A DNA stretch of 63,300 bases, the filler included, from Parachlamydiales bacterium (GTDB lineage Bacteria; Chlamydiota; Chlamydiia; Chlamydiales; Parachlamydiaceae), in the NCBI GenBank assembly GCA_020051075.1. It is 6 parts of 6 records of this genome, joined end to end, with 100 filler letters (N's around TTAATTAATTAA, not from the genome) between each part and the next. Parts side by side here need not be neighbours in the genome. Positions count along the whole stretch, not along the records: positions 56,522 to 59,760 come from JAGVJP010000003.1; positions 59,861 to 63,300 come from JAGVJP010000002.1; 4 more parts are not named here. One strand, written 5' to 3'. The notes under the pieces were generated by a model. It made no database searches and was not told the DNA's origin. It saw nothing but the letters and a program-made list of their open reading frames with translations. This document shows, in pieces, positions 59,662-63,300 of this stretch. Position 1 is the stretch's first letter, and every line of letters starts with the position of its first letter. The position numbers and the translations under genes are program-made.

Positions 59662-59760
59662 CTCTGTACACGACAAAAAATGATTTGAAGAAAGAAACTC
59701 GCTGAAATGCCACTATATCTCGTTGGTTATCAAACATCGAGGTATATATGAGAAAAATCA
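59662..59760 (+). mobile_element. Left end of an IS4-family (ISAba1-like) element
   Basis: CTCTGTACACGACAAAAAAT terminal repeat; GAGG followed by ATG 59748 is the probable transposase start, cut by the contig end. Confidence 0.75.
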
Positions 59761-59860
59761 NNNNNNNNNNNNNNNNNNNNNNNNNNNNNNNNNNNNNNNN
59801 NNNNTTAATTAATTAANNNNNNNNNNNNNNNNNNNNNNNNNNNNNNNNNNNNNNNNNNNN
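59761..59860. other. Artificial contig linker
   Basis: N-run with TTAATTAATTAA. Confidence 0.99.
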
Positions 59861-59968
59861 ACTGAATTTGCAGTCGTAATTGTCGTCGTTATGCAATTAT
59901 AATTGACGCGAAAGAGACGGAGTGCTCGAATGACTTGACAAATTCACATAGCAGGCTAATTCGCTTTT

Positions 59969-60001
59969 CGTGCCCGTGCCCTTGCCCGTGCCCGTGCCCG
60001 A
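59969..60001. repeat. CGTGCC hexamer repeat
   Basis: CGTGCCCGTGCCCTTGCCCGTGCCCGTGCCCGA; related tracts at 28174-28200 and 58591-58623. Confidence 0.75.
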
Positions 60002-60108
60002 GTGTCCCTTATCTTGCTTATCTTGTCTCTCCTTAGAACTATTTTGCAGGCACAGACATTTGTCGTTTGAATTTGGAGTTTTTTGCGTTTAATAAAGGGG
60101 TATAGGTT

Positions 60109-61932
60109 ATGTGTGGAATATTCGGCTATGTCGGCTCAAAAAATGCCATTAAGATCGTCCTTGAAGGATTGAAAAAACTGGAATATCGAGGCTACGATTC
60201 CGCTGGTTTTGCCGCAGTCAAAGACAATGAAATCACCTTCTGCAAGAGGGTGGGAAAAGTGTCGATCTTGGAAGAAGAGTCGGCGAAGCTGGATTTGAAT
60301 CTGCCGATGGCTATTGCACAGACACGCTGGGCCACCCATGGGACTGTGACGCAAAGCAATGCCCACCCCCATTTTGATGCGGCATGCTCCGTTGCCGTCG
60401 TCCACAATGGAATCATTGAGAACCATGAATCCTTAAGGGCAGCTCTCAGGGAGAAAGGGGTGGTTTTTACCACCGATACCGACACTGAAGTGGTCGCTCA
60501 TCTGATTGCCGCTTGCTACCAGGGAGATCTTTTAAATGCTGTTCAGAAAGCCGTGTCTCAGCTGAAGGGCGCTTATGGATTGGCTTTAGTCCATCGCGAC
60601 CACCCCGACCAGTTGATTGCCGTGGCTCATGAAGCTCCTCTGGTGATCGGCATCGGACAAAATGAAGCCTTCCTTTCGTCCGACCCCCATGCTTTTGCTT
60701 TTTACACCAAGCAGGTCATCTATTTATCCAATTCTGAAATTGCCGTGATCCGTGCTAACAGCCAGCAAGTGTATAACACAGAACAGCTGATCGACAAGGA
60801 GACCTGTCAGATTGAAGGGGATGGCGTCGAAGCTTCCAAAGGTGCATATGAGCATTTCACTCTGAAAGAGATCTTCGAGCAGCCTCAAACTCTCCGCAAT
60901 GCCATGCTCTCCCGCTTCCTTTCAGAATATGGGACTGCGATATTTGAAGAGCTCTCTTTCAAAGCTGTCGACCTCCTCACAGTCGAGCGGATTTTGATCC
61001 TCGCCTGCGGCACATCGTGGCATGCGGGCTGCATTGCTGCCTATATGCTCGAAGATAAAGCACGGATCCCTGTACAAGTTGAAATCTCTTCTGAGTTTCG
61101 ATACAAAAACCCGATTATTCCGCCTGGAACCTTTGTGATCGCCATCAGCCAATCAGGGGAGACTGCGGACACGATCGCCGCGATGCGGGAGGTTAAAGCT
61201 AAAGGAGCTCCGGTCTTAGCCCTCTGCAATGTTCAAAGTTCAACATTGGCACGGGAAGCCGATAACACCATTTTCTTAAAAGCCGGCGCTGAAATCGGCG
61301 TCTGCTCGACCAAGGCATTCACAAGCCAGGTCGTCACACTCTCCTTATTTGCCTTGCTGATGGCACGGATGAGGCATATGAGTAAACAGGAAGGACAGGA
61401 ATTTCTTCAATGCATCCTTCAGCTTCCTGAGCAGGTGCAGGAAGTGTTGGACCAATCTAAGCATATTCAAGAGATTGCCCATCGCTACGCCCATTATGAC
61501 AATTTCTTCTTCATCGGCCGTAGATATATGTTCCCGGGCAGCTTGGAAGGGGCCCTTAAACTCAAAGAAATCTCCTATATCAATGCCAATGGCTACCCTG
61601 CCGGAGAAATCAAACACGGTCCGATCGCGCTGATCAACGAAGACTGTCCGACAATAGCGCTGTGTGCTGATCGGATGACCTATGATAAACTCATCAACAA
61701 CTTGATGGAAATTAAAGCGCGGCATGGAAAAGTGATTGCTATTGCCTCCACTGTCGATAAACACCTTGAACAGATCGCTGATGACGTGATATATATTCCC
61801 CGTTCAAGCGATGAGTTAGCCGTGATCCCTGCCACTGTGGTGACGCAGCTATTTGCCTATTATATCGCCCAGAAGCGAGGATCCGACATCGACCATCCAC
61901 GCAATTTAGCAAAATCTGTAACAGTAGAATAA
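60109..61932 (+). CDS. glmS: Glutamine--fructose-6-phosphate aminotransferase
   Basis: MCGIFG, LEYRGYDSAG, TRWATHG, HNGIIEN, ISQSGETADT, PRNLAKSVTVE. Confidence 0.98.
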   Translation: MCGIFGYVGSKNAIKIVLEGLKKLEYRGYDSAGFAAVKDNEITFCKRVGKVSILEEESAKLDLNLPMAIAQTRWATHGTVTQSNAHPHFDAACSVAVVHNGIIENHESLRAALREKGVVFTTDTDTEVVAHLIAACYQGDLLNAVQKAVSQLKGAYGLALVHRDHPDQLIAVAHEAPLVIGIGQNEAFLSSDPHAFAFYTKQVIYLSNSEIAVIRANSQQVYNTEQLIDKETCQIEGDGVEASKGAYEHFTLKEIFEQPQTLRNAMLSRFLSEYGTAIFEELSFKAVDLLTVERILILACGTSWHAGCIAAYMLEDKARIPVQVEISSEFRYKNPIIPPGTFVIAISQSGETADTIAAMREVKAKGAPVLALCNVQSSTLAREADNTIFLKAGAEIGVCSTKAFTSQVVTLSLFALLMARMRHMSKQEGQEFLQCILQLPEQVQEVLDQSKHIQEIAHRYAHYDNFFFIGRRYMFPGSLEGALKLKEISYINANGYPAGEIKHGPIALINEDCPTIALCADRMTYDKLINNLMEIKARHGKVIAIASTVDKHLEQIADDVIYIPRSSDELAVIPATVVTQLFAYYIAQKRGSDIDHPRNLAKSVTVE

Positions 61933-61937
61933 ATCTT

Positions 61938-63131
61938 ATGCAATCCAACCGTGGTAGTGTTTTTAGTGGAGCTTTTCTCATTGCAGGAACGACGATAGGT
62001 GGGGGGATGCTCGCCCTTCCAGTCCTGACTAGCCAGGCAGGCTTTGTCCCTTCTTTGGCCATCTACCTCTTGTGCTGGCTATTCATGGCCGGGACGGGGC
62101 TTCTTTTCTTAGAGACCTCAACTTGGATCAAAGGGGAGTCTAATATCATCTCCATGGCGACGCGGACGTTGGGAAATGGGGGTAGGGTTTTTGCCTGGGC
62201 CCTTTATCTGTTCTTGTTTTATTGTTTGACCATTGCCTATATGGTTGGCTGCGGCAATATCGTTGTGGATATCTTAGGCGGGTCGATTCCTGCCTGGCTG
62301 GGACCCATCATTTTCACTGTGCTTTTTTCCCCTTTGATTTTGCTTTCTACATTGGTCGTAGGGAGGTTGAACATCTTCTTAATGGCAGGTTTGACCCTTT
62401 CTTTTTTGGGGTTTGTCATCCTTGGCTTCAAGTATGTCCAGGCAGAACCGCTCGCGTACCGAGATTGGGGCTATTCGATGAAAATCCTTCCGATTGCATT
62501 TATCTCTTTTGCCTATCAAGGGATCATCCCGACATTAAATGCCTATATGCACCATGATGTGAAGAGGATTCGAAAGGCGATCTTAATCGGCAGCTTCATC
62601 CCTTTCATCGCCTATGCGATTTGGCAGTGGCTCATTCTTGGAATCATCCCTCTGAAAGGAGAACATGGGCTTCTACAGACAATCGCTGAAGGGCAAACCG
62701 CTGTTCATCCCCTGAAATATTTTATTCAAAATGAGAGTGTCTACCTTTTGGGGCAGACCTTTGCCTTTTTTGCTTTAGTCACCTCGTTTTTAGGAGTCAC
62801 GCTCGGATTGCGAGATTTCCTTGCCGATGGGCTGTCGATAAAGAAAGAAGGGATGGGGCAGGTCGGGATCTTCTTGATGGTGTTTCTGATTCCATTAGCT
62901 GTTGCTGTGCTAAATCCGCACATCTTCCTTAATGCTCTCGATTATGCAGGGGGATTTGGCAGCGCGCTGCTCTTGGGGCTGCTTCCGATTTTGATGGTTT
63001 GGAAGGGGAGGTATCATCTGAATCTCCCGTATCAACCTCAGCTGCCAGGCGGCCGTGTCCTCCTTGCTGTCATGGCCATCTTTGTCCTCTGCGAGATCGC
63101 CGGCGAAGTCAAGCAGCTGTTCTTTCACTAA
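61938..63131 (+). CDS. tyrP: Aromatic amino acid (tyrosine) permease
   Basis: LIAGTTIGGGMLALP, ~11 TM helices, TSFLGV; glmS-tyrP order as in Chlamydia. Confidence 0.88.
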   Translation: MQSNRGSVFSGAFLIAGTTIGGGMLALPVLTSQAGFVPSLAIYLLCWLFMAGTGLLFLETSTWIKGESNIISMATRTLGNGGRVFAWALYLFLFYCLTIAYMVGCGNIVVDILGGSIPAWLGPIIFTVLFSPLILLSTLVVGRLNIFLMAGLTLSFLGFVILGFKYVQAEPLAYRDWGYSMKILPIAFISFAYQGIIPTLNAYMHHDVKRIRKAILIGSFIPFIAYAIWQWLILGIIPLKGEHGLLQTIAEGQTAVHPLKYFIQNESVYLLGQTFAFFALVTSFLGVTLGLRDFLADGLSIKKEGMGQVGIFLMVFLIPLAVAVLNPHIFLNALDYAGGFGSALLLGLLPILMVWKGRYHLNLPYQPQLPGGRVLLAVMAIFVLCEIAGEVKQLFFH

Positions 63132-63219
63132 GAGAAGTCGAATCTGAACCAGTTCTTTGAGCTCTCGCCGAAAACTGACGATTATCATCTCACAGGTGCT
63201 TTTCAACATTGTTTGGCGA

Positions 63220-63300
63220 AAAAGCGGAAGAGGACTTCCGCACTCCAAACGCTTCGCGTAACACAAATGTGGCTTCGCGAAGCGTTTGGAGTGCGGAAGT
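63220..63300. repeat. Inverted pair of REP-like elements
   Basis: AAAAGCGGAAGAGGACTTCCGCACTCCAAACGCTTCGCG followed by CGCGAAGCGTTTGGAGTGCGGAAGT (cut by the window end). Confidence 0.85.

Noticed and set aside
28074..59860. Five identical N-runs with a TTAATTAATTAA palindrome, and ORFs ending in ...XXXLIN
   Set aside because: These are artificial contig linkers with all-frame stops; neither the motif nor gene adjacency across them is biological.
59861..60108. glmS ribozyme upstream of glmS
   Set aside because: No recognisable ribozyme core; the region holds only CGTGCC repeats and AT-rich sequence, and it is cut by a contig end.

Overview
This window is six assembly contigs joined by artificial 100-nt N/TTAATTAATTAA linkers (28074-28173, 36393-36492, 49341-49440, 56422-56521, 59761-59860), so adjacency across those linkers is not biological. 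Gene content and order point to an environmental member of the Chlamydiae, probably Parachlamydiales-like (inference): type-2 ileS, lon...rnz...xerC, a stand-alone nqrBCDE block with a long NqrB, and glmS-tyrP. The core genes are interspersed with eukaryote-like candidate effectors: an OTU deubiquitinase, a PTPMT1-like phosphatase, a PRTase-like protein, an LRR/MORN protein, a SET-domain protein and a family of Inc-like membrane proteins. The most striking locus is a translationally coupled three-gene unit at 36493-47315: a tandem Imm32-like protein, a 2290-aa protein (toxin-like N-terminus, unknown core domain, long ankyrin array) and a divergent SecA-motor paralog. Other notable features are a 165-bp palindromic element inserted in frame in a 1465-aa gene, several families of 9-nt-periodic foldback repeats, an orphan fused cytochrome b, and a nested IS4/IS66/IS256 segment carrying four-helix-bundle and SET genes. 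All family assignments come from motif recognition by eye; no database searches were run.
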